Source: a virus (Duplodnaviria; Caudoviricetes). Taken from it: DNA of 64,000 nucleotides. Location: IMG/VR virus record IMGVR_UViG_3300029288_000106, positions 1 to 64,000 of that record; one strand, given 5' to 3'. The translations under genes were made by a program, and so were the position numbers. The notes under the pieces were generated by a model that did not search any database, was not told the origin of the DNA, and saw only the letters and a list, made by a program, of their open reading frames with translations. Shown piece by piece: positions 20,401 through 29,776 of the stretch (the first letter of the stretch is position 1; every line of letters starts with the position of its first letter).

Positions 20401-20706
20401 CTTGAAAAACTGCCATGGATTTTTCAAACATAATATCTTATTCATAACAGCTGCAATACCTAATACAGCTGCCGATGTCTTTCCTACACCAATTGCTCCA
20501 GTTAATACAACAAGATATTTTATATCTTCCGCCATTACCTGAGTCAGTTCATCTTTCCATACTTTATATATGGTCTTTCCGTTTTCTGTAAGACTACCGA
20601 AGAACTGATCAGAAGAAATAAGAGTATTTATATTAGCTGGATTTTCTTTAAATATCCGCTTGTTACAATAATCAGCATATGTTTCTATTCGCTTATGTAG
20701 GGCCAT
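17446..20706 (-). CDS. terL: Terminase large subunit containing an intein
   Basis: Walker A GAIGVGKT, Walker B IAIMDE, nuclease motifs HSDVA and KIDHP..SKDVIDGVAG. Confidence 0.9.
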   Translation of the reverse strand: MALHKRIETYADYCNKRIFKENPANINTLISSDQFFGSLTENGKTIYKVWKDELTQVMAEDIKYLVVLTGAIGVGKTSAAVLGIAAVMNKILCLKNPWQFFKKTAGGRMSIVFFNLTKSLSESKAYGTLQSYLVASPWFRKHGVVKGTVPNQWLDIPLFSYALASPNARGFGCLSADTKISLLDGRELTIPEIIKEREEGKQHWVYSYDIEKRKVVSGKVANALKTKLNTKTVKVKLDNDQFIVCTPDHPFLLRNGEYKEAQNLSFGDSLMPLYRRKGNGGYEQFFEVDEKCWCFTHRRMAGDIPQKFRNEKGQFKGGCVVHHRDFNKYNNNPDNLKYMTGKAHYKFHAMLAHKTLHTPEAREKSRMTCKEVMKRPEIKKKISDGLKASWTPERRKAQSLRQTNLNKTFFVVHNAKPDIKTRANQKRVEALKKFWLSEKGVEKRKEASIRSKAFNLAGHAKKMALLAQLPEAKKKQKESRKKWLETEAGKKWKAEQSLRMKTNNPNNHTVVAVEEDIMQDVYDLTIENYHNFATSAGVFVHNTQGLDVIIAIMDEVDAPDATTNQKQRVLKAYDNTVRRFESRFVYDSYGETESGVQLFKESLGKFFLVASKQEELSFLNTFITERKGSPNVHIVDIPFWAIKTGELSGRTFSVAIGDMYTPSNIIYLPAEKEKAILDGREVKDIPIEFLEPFTADIVGALRDIAGISVEGRRKSKFFPSEKIIQQCYDKTKQNPVTKPTIMIGLNDEIDLIHYLDLKKIRMPKSTRRFLHSDVAYASGGDCLSLAMSGVKTYKKQEVMNPDGTFSVRKMPVVETDFWLRLKAKPGDVIPLFAVRKLILDLRTLGFNIAKYTADLNLLSEDTKQLLTKRKIACDGLSLDRDLKPYTIFRELVIEQRWMGHFDPFFHFEAINLEKDPKTGKIDHPDKVTQIVFIEDGSSREAVMEGSKDVIDGVAGSVYGAIVDLGDESIDGDDRAAILRQVSKGDSSKKFVEEFWWIDQPKVINTSGVETYLLVDLQNYYWIYTRTADSEPNLNGPFSDKPLNLVPIKVDNPVSFHPGDKNAEAITEDSSDDQSVLKALREINRRA
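19081..20190 (-). mobile_element. Intein (370 aa) with HNH homing endonuclease
   Basis: Begins CLSADTKI, block B CTPDHPF, HNH HHRDFNKYNNNPDNL, ends VYDLTIENYHNF..VFVHN; +1 residue Thr. Confidence 0.92.
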
Positions 20707-21418
20707 CTGGTTTATTCTCAGTTAGTTGTTTCATTAGAGAATTGCGCAGTTTATACGCATCTTGAATAGGCAATTCATCAATCCTATTCAATACTTCTTG
20801 TTCTTCAGCTGAGACTGGTTTTCGATTAGCTGGAATGTGCCGTTGATCTACATACATAAAAGGTGGAAGATCAGGCTGGAGTTTTTTATCTAATCCCATC
20901 TTTTCCATACATGTTAACATGAATGTGTCTTCTTCTCTTAATTTATCAACTGCATCAAAAACAAGTCTGATTGTTGATTGTTTAGTTGATTTAATAGAGT
21001 AACAAGAATTATGACATTGAGTACATTGAAAAGGACGAGAAGCTGGCAAACTTGGATTGTGACTAGAATTTGGAACAATAAATGCCGAACAACAACTTGA
21101 TACGTCTATATCTATACCTTTTCGAATTTCTTTCAAAGCTTCTTCTAGATAAGATATTCGTTGTTGTCTGCCTTGAAATAATTCGCTGACCATGCAAGAA
21201 GCTAACCACAAACTTGAATCTCTCTTTAGTTGATTTTTAAGCTTCTTTGCAGCTTTCTCAATATAATCAATAGGATATCCAGTTTCTTCAGCCACAAGAG
21301 AAATATCTCCTCTATGTCGCATAAAAGAAAAACGAATCCTGTGCTCAGCATTAAGTCTTTCTAGTCTGCCAAGTTTGTGTGAATCATACTGATTATTTGA
21401 AGTATTTGAATCTGCCAA
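20693..21418 (-). CDS. Putative terminase small subunit (HTH plus Zn finger)
   Basis: Overlaps the terL start; HTH-like ISLVAEETGYP; CC..CTQC. Confidence 0.5.
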   Translation of the reverse strand: MADSNTSNNQYDSHKLGRLERLNAEHRIRFSFMRHRGDISLVAEETGYPIDYIEKAAKKLKNQLKRDSSLWLASCMVSELFQGRQQRISYLEEALKEIRKGIDIDVSSCCSAFIVPNSSHNPSLPASRPFQCTQCHNSCYSIKSTKQSTIRLVFDAVDKLREEDTFMLTCMEKMGLDKKLQPDLPPFMYVDQRHIPANRKPVSAEEQEVLNRIDELPIQDAYKLRNSLMKQLTENKPDGPT

Positions 21419-21435
21419 TCATTGTCATCCTTGAC

Positions 21436-21990
21436 TTAATCTAAAACACCTTTTATATCCACTGCTGACATATATTTAATAACATACATCTGTCCATCTG
21501 TTCCTCGATGCTGATATTCCCACAGTACATTCTTATCGTATACAACTCTTAATCCTATCTTAAGACTTGGAGAAGTTGGCCAGAACCGACCTTTTTTATC
21601 ATGATAACCTTTTCCAAATCCTATGAGTATTCCGTCATAAGGAAGATAAAATTGTCTACAAACTTCTGGTATTTCAATAAGTTGATCTTCCCCGTGATGT
21701 GTTGGACATGGAAGAGGCCAGATAAAAACTAAATCTCTTAGTGGATGAATAAATTTCTTGATCGCCCCACATATCTCACAATAGAATGGAACTTTATGAA
21801 TTTCTGAATCAAGTAGAATATCTGTAGGCCTAAAAGGATGATTTGTTTTTCGAGTCTCTGCAGCACAACTTATAACTTGAGTACCGCAATTCCAACAACA
21901 ACTAGTATCCTTTGAAAGATCTGTATGTTCACTTATCATAGTTCTAATCCTGTGGATAGTATGTTGCACTATTTCCTGGAGTCTCTTCAA
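21436..21990 (-). CDS. GroES/Cpn10-like co-chaperonin with N-terminal Zn ribbon
   Basis: IHPLRDLVFI..GILIGFGKG..LKIGLRVVY..DIKGVL; N-terminal CWNC/CEIC. Confidence 0.7.
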   Translation of the reverse strand: MKRLQEIVQHTIHRIRTMISEHTDLSKDTSCCWNCGTQVISCAAETRKTNHPFRPTDILLDSEIHKVPFYCEICGAIKKFIHPLRDLVFIWPLPCPTHHGEDQLIEIPEVCRQFYLPYDGILIGFGKGYHDKKGRFWPTSPSLKIGLRVVYDKNVLWEYQHRGTDGQMYVIKYMSAVDIKGVLD

Positions 21991-22384
21991 ACGAAACAGA
22001 TACTAACTTAAAAGAAAGTTGACTTGAATTGATGTACTGCATTAAATCCTGAGCTATCCATAAACAAAAATTCTCAGCGGTTGGAGTAACTGATACACCA
22101 ATAAGTCGAAGAGCTGGAGTGAATTTCATCAGCACAGACTGATCAAGAATTACCTGATAAAATGGATCGGATTTCTCAAGAACAAGAGAATGATCGTAAA
22201 TATCAATAATTTGTTTTGCCCATTTCAGATCACCAAAATCCACTATCATTCCTGTCGAAGACTGTACCTCCCCCTCAAACACAACAGCTACTTTCCCCGA
22301 ATGCCCATGAATATTTCGACACATACCAGGATGATTCATCAGCCGATGAGCATACTCAACTCGATATTCTTTTCTTATCTGCAT
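21944..22384 (-). CDS. queD: 6-carboxy-5,6,7,8-tetrahydropterin synthase
   Basis: AHRL..CRNIHGHS, GMIVDFGDLK, DHSL, PTAEN, ETP. Confidence 0.92.
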   Translation of the reverse strand: MQIRKEYRVEYAHRLMNHPGMCRNIHGHSGKVAVVFEGEVQSSTGMIVDFGDLKWAKQIIDIYDHSLVLEKSDPFYQVILDQSVLMKFTPALRLIGVSVTPTAENFCLWIAQDLMQYINSSQLSFKLVSVSFEETPGNSATYYPQD

Positions 22385-22385
22385 A

Positions 22386-22997
22386 TTACACTCCTTGTTC
22401 TGTTTCAGTAAACTCACATATATGAGGAATACACCTATATCTTTCTCCTAAACCCATCCCACAACCAAGTAAAAAATAATCTCCTATATAATTAAACCCT
22501 TTTAATGTAGCTTCAATGTTTTTAAAATTAACTATTCTATTACGGGGCTTATCAACTAATGTACAACTTTTTATAGTCATATTCTTCAACTTAGATTGCA
22601 TTTTAATATACTCAGATACTATTGATAATGTTTGACCTGTATCAAGTATATCATCAATAATCCATATATCTTTACCTTCAAGATTTATAGAAATATGTTT
22701 ATAAAAATTGATTCTAACTTTACCTTCCTGAATTGCAAGACATGCATGAGTACTATTTCCATAAGTTGAAACACCAATAAAATCGTACTCAAAATCATAA
22801 ACACCTAAACGAACAAGAGCATCTATTAATCTACTTCCAAACCACTCTCCACCTTTTAATACAATGAGAAAAACTACGTTTTTAAACTCTCCTTTCTGAT
22901 CAACATAAATCTGAGCAGCAAGAGACTTAATTATACGTTCCACTTCTATTTGTGAATATAAAATTTTCATGTTTCTTGGAACACAATCTTCCATCAT
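22386..22997 (-). CDS. hpt: Hypoxanthine-guanine phosphoribosyltransferase-like protein
   Basis: VLKGG and PRPP-binding loop IIDDILDTGQTL. Confidence 0.85.
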   Translation of the reverse strand: MMEDCVPRNMKILYSQIEVERIIKSLAAQIYVDQKGEFKNVVFLIVLKGGEWFGSRLIDALVRLGVYDFEYDFIGVSTYGNSTHACLAIQEGKVRINFYKHISINLEGKDIWIIDDILDTGQTLSIVSEYIKMQSKLKNMTIKSCTLVDKPRNRIVNFKNIEATLKGFNYIGDYFLLGCGMGLGERYRCIPHICEFTETEQGV

Positions 22998-22999
22998 TT

Positions 23000-23632
23000 T
23001 TATACTACTTTCTCTACTTGACTTGTATCTTTAGCAAGTAGCTTAACGTAATATGCTGTATCAGCTATCTCAATCAACTGTTCTTCATGAGTGATAATTA
23101 TCAATTGCAATCCTAACATCTCTGATAATTTCTTTATCATCTTTCCCATACGTCGCAATCGACCTTCATTCTCCAGATCTATCTTATCTAATTTACTAAA
23201 AGGCTCATCAAAAATTAGTGTAGGAGTAGTTCGAGGCGATTGTATAGCCCAAAGGATAATACGAAGACAAAACGAAATTACTTCTTTAATTCCTCTTCCT
23301 TGTTCTCCTTTTAAAGCTCTTAATTTTCCATCAATACAAACAAAAAATTCAGTTTCAGGCTGGTTTCGCTTTATTCCATCTTTCATTACGAATTCATGCT
23401 TTTCATCAAAAACAGCTTGCAGCGCCTGAGTCACTAAACTCTCTATCACACTCTTAACTTCTGCTTGAGCTACTATTCCAACCTCACTAAAAATCTCTCG
23501 AGCTTCTTTATAGAGTTTAAGAGAATTTGCATCCACATTAACACTCGCTTCAAGCTCTTGATGCTCTTTTCTGCTTGTAGTTAATTGAGCTCTCTTTTCT
23601 AACAAAAATTGTTCACAGTCTTTTATATTCAT
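23000..23632 (-). CDS. SbcC/Rad50-like ATPase, C-terminal half
   Basis: Walker B LIFDEPFSKLD and H-loop IIITHE; N-terminal coiled coil. Confidence 0.8.
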   Translation of the reverse strand: MNIKDCEQFLLEKRAQLTTSRKEHQELEASVNVDANSLKLYKEAREIFSEVGIVAQAEVKSVIESLVTQALQAVFDEKHEFVMKDGIKRNQPETEFFVCIDGKLRALKGEQGRGIKEVISFCLRIILWAIQSPRTTPTLIFDEPFSKLDKIDLENEGRLRRMGKMIKKLSEMLGLQLIIITHEEQLIEIADTAYYVKLLAKDTSQVEKVV

Positions 23633-23956
23633 TTATTGTTCATCTTGTATTCTGGGTATAGTAAAATTAACTTGCTCTGCAGGAGGATAATTTTCAATTG
23701 CATGAGCTTTTACAACATGTACCTCAACTAACTCAAAAAATATTTCTGGTATATTATTAGTTATATTAAAAATTTTTTGTAATAATAAAAGTACTTTATT
23801 AGACTTTCCACTTCTTATCTCTTCATCTAATTTATCTCTATCAACAACACCATCTCCAAAACTACAAAAGCGATACCCATTTATAACAGTACCACCAGCA
23901 CTTCGAGGTTTAATACTCAAAACCTCATCAACAGTCATTTCAAAATTGACTTTCAT
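23633..23956 (-). CDS. Hypothetical protein
   Basis: ORF abutting neighbours. Confidence 0.5.
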   Translation of the reverse strand: MKVNFEMTVDEVLSIKPRSAGGTVINGYRFCSFGDGVVDRDKLDEEIRSGKSNKVLLLLQKIFNITNNIPEIFFELVEVHVVKAHAIENYPPAEQVNFTIPRIQDEQ

Positions 23957-24600
23957 TATTTTTTTTCTCCTGTAGGAAAAGAAATATAAGAAGGCCTTTT
24001 TATCTCAACATTCAAAGCTATTCCACCTCTTGCTTTCATTGTGATTGAAAGCTTGAAAGTTTTAGGCTCACATGCTTTTGTCCAATCATCAGCTATTCTA
24101 TTAGCAAGAGCTTCGATAAACATACCTTCATTTCGAAAGCTCTGAAAATAGAATTTCATACTCTTACTTTCAATACATGCTTTATTTGGGGTGTATTTTA
24201 TAACTATATAATACAAATCAGGATAACTTGTCAATGGACACACAGCTGAAAGCTCATCAAATGGAACAGTAATTTCAAAATCATTTTTTGAATTAGGATT
24301 ATCAAAAGTTTTAAGTATTCTATAATCTGGATGCTCGAATTTATGAAAAGAAATGCCTTTTCCTGGCGCAATTGCATCTGGGCTGTCTAGAAGTTCTTGA
24401 TCTGTATTTTTAATTTCACTTGTGTGTTTTTTATATGCTTCTATTTCAAGCATAAATTTTTCTTGTACATCTGGACGCATTGCTTTAAGAAAACTTATTT
24501 GTGTGTCTATAGGCATACAAATAAACATTTCACAAGCTAAATCGTGATCTAATATTTTCCCAGCTTCCATACTAATCCCTTTCATCTGCTTTTTTAACAA
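23956..24600 (-). CDS. queF: preQ0 reductase (NADPH-dependent, type I) with N-terminal extension
   Basis: Catalytic CPLTSYPD, QueF motif ESKSMKFY, RNEGMFIE, ARGGI. Confidence 0.88.
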   Translation of the reverse strand: MLKKQMKGISMEAGKILDHDLACEMFICMPIDTQISFLKAMRPDVQEKFMLEIEAYKKHTSEIKNTDQELLDSPDAIAPGKGISFHKFEHPDYRILKTFDNPNSKNDFEITVPFDELSAVCPLTSYPDLYYIVIKYTPNKACIESKSMKFYFQSFRNEGMFIEALANRIADDWTKACEPKTFKLSITMKARGGIALNVEIKRPSYISFPTGEKK

Positions 24601-24829
24601 TTGCTTCAGCTTCTTGTAATAAAGTTTCAGCTTTTGTAGTTAAAGTATTATCTTCTTCTACAAAACCATCTCTTAGTTTCTTTGCATCTTCAATAGTATC
24701 AACAGCAAAAGAAGTCTTCAATGAAGTAGAAAGCTGTTCTTTTCTTCCAGTAAGTCTGTCTTTTTCTGATTGAATAGTAGTAAGTTTACTATCAACAGCT
24801 TTCAATCTTTCAATAAGAGTCTCTGCCAT
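24572..24829 (-). CDS. Small coiled-coil protein
   Basis: Heptad pattern; directly after the nuclease gene. Confidence 0.55.
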   Translation of the reverse strand: MAETLIERLKAVDSKLTTIQSEKDRLTGRKEQLSTSLKTSFAVDTIEDAKKLRDGFVEEDNTLTTKAETLLQEAEAIVKKADERD

Positions 24830-24833
24830 TAGA

Positions 24834-25775
24834 CTAACCTTTCAGTTGTTGAGAATATTTTTTTAATATTTCTTCTACTGTTGCTTTCAGTTCATCACTT
24901 ACATTTTTCTCTATAAGAAGCTTTTGCAAAACTTCTGTCCATTTTACTCCAGTTCTTTCACTCTTTTTTAAATTTTCAATAAACTGAAGTAATAAAGCTT
25001 CTGCTTGAGCTTTGTCTTTATCTTCTTCTTGCTCTTTTCTGTGTAAATCAAAAATCTCCTCTGGCGGAATGACAGTAAATTTGATAATATCAAATTTGTT
25101 TGAATCAGTATCAAATACCACAACTCCGGGCTTATGAGCTAGATCTCTCTCATTGATTGTTAATCTTAACAAAGCTCCTGGATTAACACAATATCTACCT
25201 TTATACTCAACAACAAATCTATAATGATAATCCCCACACACCACCAGTTGAAATTCTGGATGTTGTCTCAAAAAAGCTTCTGGATATACAATATCTTGGC
25301 CTGGATACAAAAGATCGTTACCTATCATTGCATGTATAACAAGAATATTGTATTTAGTTGAATCTAAAACTTTTGGAATTGCCTCTCCAAACGAAGCACC
25401 ATAAATATGAATGTTGTTCTTCATAACAGGATTGAACGAAAGAAGCTTCGTGACCTTCGCGGAAGCTAAAACTCGATGAGCACAATCATCATATGTCTTC
25501 ATTGTATGACCTGTTATATCATGCTGACCACATATTGAGTAAAAAGGAATGATAAATCTAGATAAACATTCAATTAACTCTGCAATTGCTCTTCGACTTA
25601 TTCGAGGAGTCTCTCCTATATCTCCGACTTGGATTGCTATATCACAATTATTTTGCTCTCCAATCATCCGAGCTTGATCTATTTTACTCAAACCTGTAGC
25701 AAGAAAATTCTCATCTTTCCTTCGCTCAGGTTTAATATCTGTAATATGACCATCACCTATTAAAAGTAGTTTCAT
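24834..25775 (-). CDS. SbcD/Mre11-like metallophosphoesterase nuclease
   Basis: GDGH, VGDI, GQHD, GDYH, NPGAL. Confidence 0.88.
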   Translation of the reverse strand: MKLLLIGDGHITDIKPERRKDENFLATGLSKIDQARMIGEQNNCDIAIQVGDIGETPRISRRAIAELIECLSRFIIPFYSICGQHDITGHTMKTYDDCAHRVLASAKVTKLLSFNPVMKNNIHIYGASFGEAIPKVLDSTKYNILVIHAMIGNDLLYPGQDIVYPEAFLRQHPEFQLVVCGDYHYRFVVEYKGRYCVNPGALLRLTINERDLAHKPGVVVFDTDSNKFDIIKFTVIPPEEIFDLHRKEQEEDKDKAQAEALLLQFIENLKKSERTGVKWTEVLQKLLIEKNVSDELKATVEEILKKYSQQLKG

Positions 25776-25823
25776 ATATTCTTATACGTTTAAAAGTTAA
25801 TATTATTTAAAAAATATAAACTT

Positions 25824-26159
25824 TCATCCTAAACTCCTAACCACCCAAAAATTGGAAAAAGTAAATCTCTCCCAACTTTTCTTTAATTGACATTCAATAT
25901 GTAACAAGAGACTTACTCTTGCAAGCATACTTAGTTCTTGCATTGTGTTTGGATGTGCAAGGATGTGTTTTTGTCTAGAAGCACAGAAAAATTTCAAGCC
26001 TTTAAATTTTGTCCACGAAGCTCTATCTACTATTTTTAAGCTAATCCCTTTTATATCAATTATAGGAATATCTCCTGGTCCTTGAAATACAATATAGAAA
26101 TCGGTATATGCTTCTTCTGGAAGTAATACTCTAATTATACTTTTTATCCATTCAAACAT
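25824..26159 (-). CDS. Hypothetical protein
   Basis: ORF. Confidence 0.45.
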   Translation of the reverse strand: MFEWIKSIIRVLLPEEAYTDFYIVFQGPGDIPIIDIKGISLKIVDRASWTKFKGLKFFCASRQKHILAHPNTMQELSMLARVSLLLHIECQLKKSWERFTFSNFWVVRSLG

Positions 26160-26160
26160 T

Positions 26161-27267
26161 TTATTTTGTGTTTTCCAATAACTTAATTCTAGTTTCCGTT
26201 GTTAATTGAGACTCACAATAAGGGCATACTTCAAGCTGTTTTTGAAGTTCTATTTTCTGTTGCTCAAGCTCTTTACAAATAATTAATTTTTCATCTATCT
26301 GTTTATTTGTTTGTTCAATAAACTCAATCAGAGAATTTAAAGACAAAATCTTAATCATTACCTTTTCTTTAGCTTCTTTTACTTCTTTTAATTGATCCTT
26401 TATATTCTGAACATTTTCTGGTAATTTTATTTGTCTCTCCCATGTCTCTTCTAACTGATTAATAAGGGTAGTAATATTTTCTTTGTCTCTTCGAATTATA
26501 TCAATATCTTTTATAATTCCTGAAATATCTTGATTTATGCATCTGACTTTATCTAAATCTAGAATTTTGAGTTTATTTAATCTCAAATCTATTTTACCAA
26601 GATCAGAAATCAAAGTATTAAGTATTGTAACATTACTTTGAATCTTATCCTGCTGTAATTTAGTATTTTTTATTGAAGTTATAAGCAGCTCTAGTTGATC
26701 TAAATCAATAGCTTCAAGCTTCTTCACCTTCACATCTAAAGCTTCAAGTTTAATTTTATCCTTCTTTAATATATCTTCCTTCTCCCGAATCTGACTAGCA
26801 GTAAAAGATATAATTGCATCTATCTCATCTAATTTTGCAACAGTACGAATGTATGAAGCAACTTGACCAGGAGTATCCAGTACAAGAAAATATGGTGAAT
26901 CTTCATCATGAATATTTATCTCATCAATATTCAAAGCATCCCTTACAACCTGTGGTACATCAGTACCAAAAGCTCTGAGTTCTATAGGATCAGCTTGAAC
27001 ACCTAATACTTCATAAAAATTATCTGGATCTTTTCCTCTTGTTACTGCAATACCATTATCAAATTCTATACATGAAAAACAATTTTTCTCATCGTCTCTA
27101 AGTAATCCATCGCCAAAAGGACGATTTCGAATAACAAAAAATACACCTCGAAGCAAAACAGTTTTGCCAGCATTAGACGCTCCCCAAATTATATTCACTC
27201 CTTTCGAGAGATTTATTTCTGAATCTGGGTGTGATTGAATATTATGTACTATGAGTTTGTTTATCAT
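26161..27267 (-). CDS. SbcC/Rad50-like ATPase, N-terminal half ending at the Zn hook
   Basis: NIQSH, Walker A GASNAGKT, coiled coil, terminal CPYC. Confidence 0.85.
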   Translation of the reverse strand: MINKLIVHNIQSHPDSEINLSKGVNIIWGASNAGKTVLLRGVFFVIRNRPFGDGLLRDDEKNCFSCIEFDNGIAVTRGKDPDNFYEVLGVQADPIELRAFGTDVPQVVRDALNIDEINIHDEDSPYFLVLDTPGQVASYIRTVAKLDEIDAIISFTASQIREKEDILKKDKIKLEALDVKVKKLEAIDLDQLELLITSIKNTKLQQDKIQSNVTILNTLISDLGKIDLRLNKLKILDLDKVRCINQDISGIIKDIDIIRRDKENITTLINQLEETWERQIKLPENVQNIKDQLKEVKEAKEKVMIKILSLNSLIEFIEQTNKQIDEKLIICKELEQQKIELQKQLEVCPYCESQLTTETRIKLLENTK

Positions 27268-27314
27268 TTTTCTTTCTAAAATCTAGTTATTCTACTCTTA
27301 TCTATATACTATAA

Positions 27315-27360
27315 ACTTAGGAGCACGCGTGCTCCTTAATGATCTTCTATTGGTTAATAC
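27315..27360 (-). repeat. Dispersed ~46-bp intergenic element with 18-bp perfect palindrome AGGAGCACGCGTGCTCCT (27319-27336)
   Basis: Near-identical to 55017-55060; related to 41591-41638 and 52498-52542. Confidence 0.85.
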
Positions 27361-27367
27361 TAACATA

Positions 27368-28162
27368 CTAATCAACATTTCTACAAATAAAAGGTTTATC
27401 AAAAAATGTAATTTTCTCATCTTTAGCTTCACTAATAAAAGCTTTTGTCTTATGAGAAGGAAGATTATCACAACTTAATTCTTTTCGTTTTAGCCTTAAC
27501 TCCATCCTTCCCATCTGAGCAATCCACATTGCGTCAATGACGTCTGTTGCTGGCCCTGTATAGTCATGAGTATATTGCTTTTCTCCTATTGTAATAGGAT
27601 CAAGAAATTTCGATCCTTTCTGAAAAAATTCTTGCGGAATGCCTTGAGGTACTTGAGACAAATCACCTTCACTAGCTTCTAAAACCATATGAAGCTTCTT
27701 AGCATTTCCTTTGCTTGTAGCCCAAAACTTTATATTTCTTGGATCATAAATACGAAGAGGAATACCAATTGACCATAACTCTGATCTTACACAACCAGAT
27801 AACTCAATCATATCATACAATCCACGAGATTGAGATGCATAAGCATATCCTTCTAAACAAACTAGATTGTAACCTTGATTTGATTCAGCAATAAAGCTAT
27901 AAATGACTGTTTCTATAAAACATCTACGCCGAGCTAAATAATTATCTCTCGATTCAGCTTTTTGGGAGTTGCCAGATATAATCTGTGTTGGTAGAAGATA
28001 AGCTTTTCCACAATCTGGAAGTTTCATCCCAGCAAATTTTTTTGTTCCAACAATACAAGCCCACCTCAGTACCTTCCCTGTACTAACTTCTACTTCACAC
28101 ATACCAGCTGTATTTGCTGCTAAATCCAAACCAATAACAGATTGTATTTTAGTTAAATCCAT
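27368..28162 (-). CDS. RuvC-like Holliday junction resolvase
   Basis: VIGLDLA..G, VCLEGYAY, IKFWAT.KGNAKK, DVIDA. Confidence 0.8.
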   Translation of the reverse strand: MDLTKIQSVIGLDLAANTAGMCEVEVSTGKVLRWACIVGTKKFAGMKLPDCGKAYLLPTQIISGNSQKAESRDNYLARRRCFIETVIYSFIAESNQGYNLVCLEGYAYASQSRGLYDMIELSGCVRSELWSIGIPLRIYDPRNIKFWATSKGNAKKLHMVLEASEGDLSQVPQGIPQEFFQKGSKFLDPITIGEKQYTHDYTGPATDVIDAMWIAQMGRMELRLKRKELSCDNLPSHKTKAFISEAKDEKITFFDKPFICRNVD

Positions 28163-29202
28163 ATTCGTTGTTTTCTGCCTGTCTCTGTTTTATATACTTC
28201 TTTCCAAACCTTAGCCACTTCTTGTTTAAGCTGCTCTTCAAGATTATTTGCTTCTACATGTTTTACCATTGTTGAAATCATTTTACTTTCGCCTGCAAAC
28301 TTAACTTTCTTCTCCCCATCTGCATAACCATTATCTTTTAAAAATTGTAAGTTTGAAAATATATCATCTAATCCGTAGTCAAACAAGATTCGATACATAC
28401 CATCTCTAAAAGGGGGAGCTACTTTATTTTTGGTTACTTCAAATTTTATCCACACACCTATTTTCTTTGCAGCTGAATTTTCAATCTTAGAACTAACTTT
28501 AAGATAAATCCTAACTGATGTATAAAATTCAAGAGCCCTACCTCCACTTGTTGTCTCTTTTGGTCCACGTGTATCAACATTATCTCGAGTTTGGTTTATA
28601 TATACTATACTAATATTATTCTTCGATAAAACGATTGGATTATATTTTCTGAAAGCAGCTGACATCTGTTTTGCTTTTTGTGTCTTATACGACCCTTCAT
28701 CTAATTTCCTGTCTACTTCATCTTTAGCAGCAAGTGGCGTTAAACTATCAACCACAATTATTTTATTTCTCTTGTCTTTCTTGCTTTCTTCAATCACACC
28801 AGCTAAAAAATCATCATAAAACGCTTCTATAGTTGATGGTGCCTTCAATCCCCCAAATAATCTAAATGTATCTTTATTAGCTATGTCAATGCCAAACATG
28901 TTAGCCCACGAAGGAAGAAATGTATCTTCTACATCAACAAAATATCCTACTCCTCCTGCTCTTTGACAAGATCCTATAGCAAGCATACCCAATACTGTCT
29001 TACTTGTTGAGGCCGCACCCATTATCTCAACTGTTCTTCCAACTGGAAATCCGCCTGGCAATATATTTGAAATAGCTAAATCAAGCTGTGTACAGCCAGT
29101 TGATAAATACTGAACAGGAGAAGGCAAATCATCTAATAGATCTGTATCTGCAACTTCAGCTGCAACCTCAGCTATTTTCTGTTGGTTTTCCTGCTTGCTC
29201 AC
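28153..29202 (-). CDS. recA: RecA/UvsX recombinase
   Basis: STGCTQLDLAI..GGFPVGR, IVVDSL, INQTR, TSGGRALEFY, KNKVAPPFR. Confidence 0.92.
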   Translation of the reverse strand: MSKQENQQKIAEVAAEVADTDLLDDLPSPVQYLSTGCTQLDLAISNILPGGFPVGRTVEIMGAASTSKTVLGMLAIGSCQRAGGVGYFVDVEDTFLPSWANMFGIDIANKDTFRLFGGLKAPSTIEAFYDDFLAGVIEESKKDKRNKIIVVDSLTPLAAKDEVDRKLDEGSYKTQKAKQMSAAFRKYNPIVLSKNNISIVYINQTRDNVDTRGPKETTSGGRALEFYTSVRIYLKVSSKIENSAAKKIGVWIKFEVTKNKVAPPFRDGMYRILFDYGLDDIFSNLQFLKDNGYADGEKKVKFAGESKMISTMVKHVEANNLEEQLKQEVAKVWKEVYKTETGRKQRIWI

Positions 29203-29776
29203 TTTCTACCTCTAATTGTCGTTCGTCTTTCAAATCTTGATTTCTATCTTCTTGTTGTTCTTTCATTCTAAGTGCAGCAATTTGTCTTTCTCGTTCATCA
29301 GCAGCAGCTTCTCTAGCTACATTAGTTGAAATAGGTGTTTGAGATTGATAATTATATGTGTATAAAGTAACAATATCTCTTAACATTGATTTTCGTTGAC
29401 CAGCTGATTCCATTAAACCTTGAAGAAGATCTACGAGATACAATGAAGTAAGATATAAATCTTCAGCTTCTTTATACACTGCTTGCAATGGAATAAGCTC
29501 AAGCACAGCTGAATCTGTGATCTTAACTGCTCCATAATTTCCTGGATTGGTTCTAATATCTCGAGCGCAGGCTGATCTAACTCGTTCGAGATTAGCTTTT
29601 GCTTTCTTAGAAGCATGTCTCACTTCCGCCGATACCTCTGATATATCCTCGTAGAAAAATGCTTGTTCAATACACTCTTGAAATATATTAGCCGAATTAA
29701 TTTTAAGTTGACTTTTAACTTCTTTCACAAAAGCAAGTATATCATCAACTAACGTAGCGTTCTTAATATCACTCAT
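29168..29776 (-). CDS. Putative UvsY-like recombination mediator
   Basis: Helical protein between SSB and recA; KITDSAV..QRKSML pattern. Confidence 0.5.
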   Translation of the reverse strand: MSDIKNATLVDDILAFVKEVKSQLKINSANIFQECIEQAFFYEDISEVSAEVRHASKKAKANLERVRSACARDIRTNPGNYGAVKITDSAVLELIPLQAVYKEAEDLYLTSLYLVDLLQGLMESAGQRKSMLRDIVTLYTYNYQSQTPISTNVAREAAADERERQIAALRMKEQQEDRNQDLKDERQLEVESEQAGKPTENS

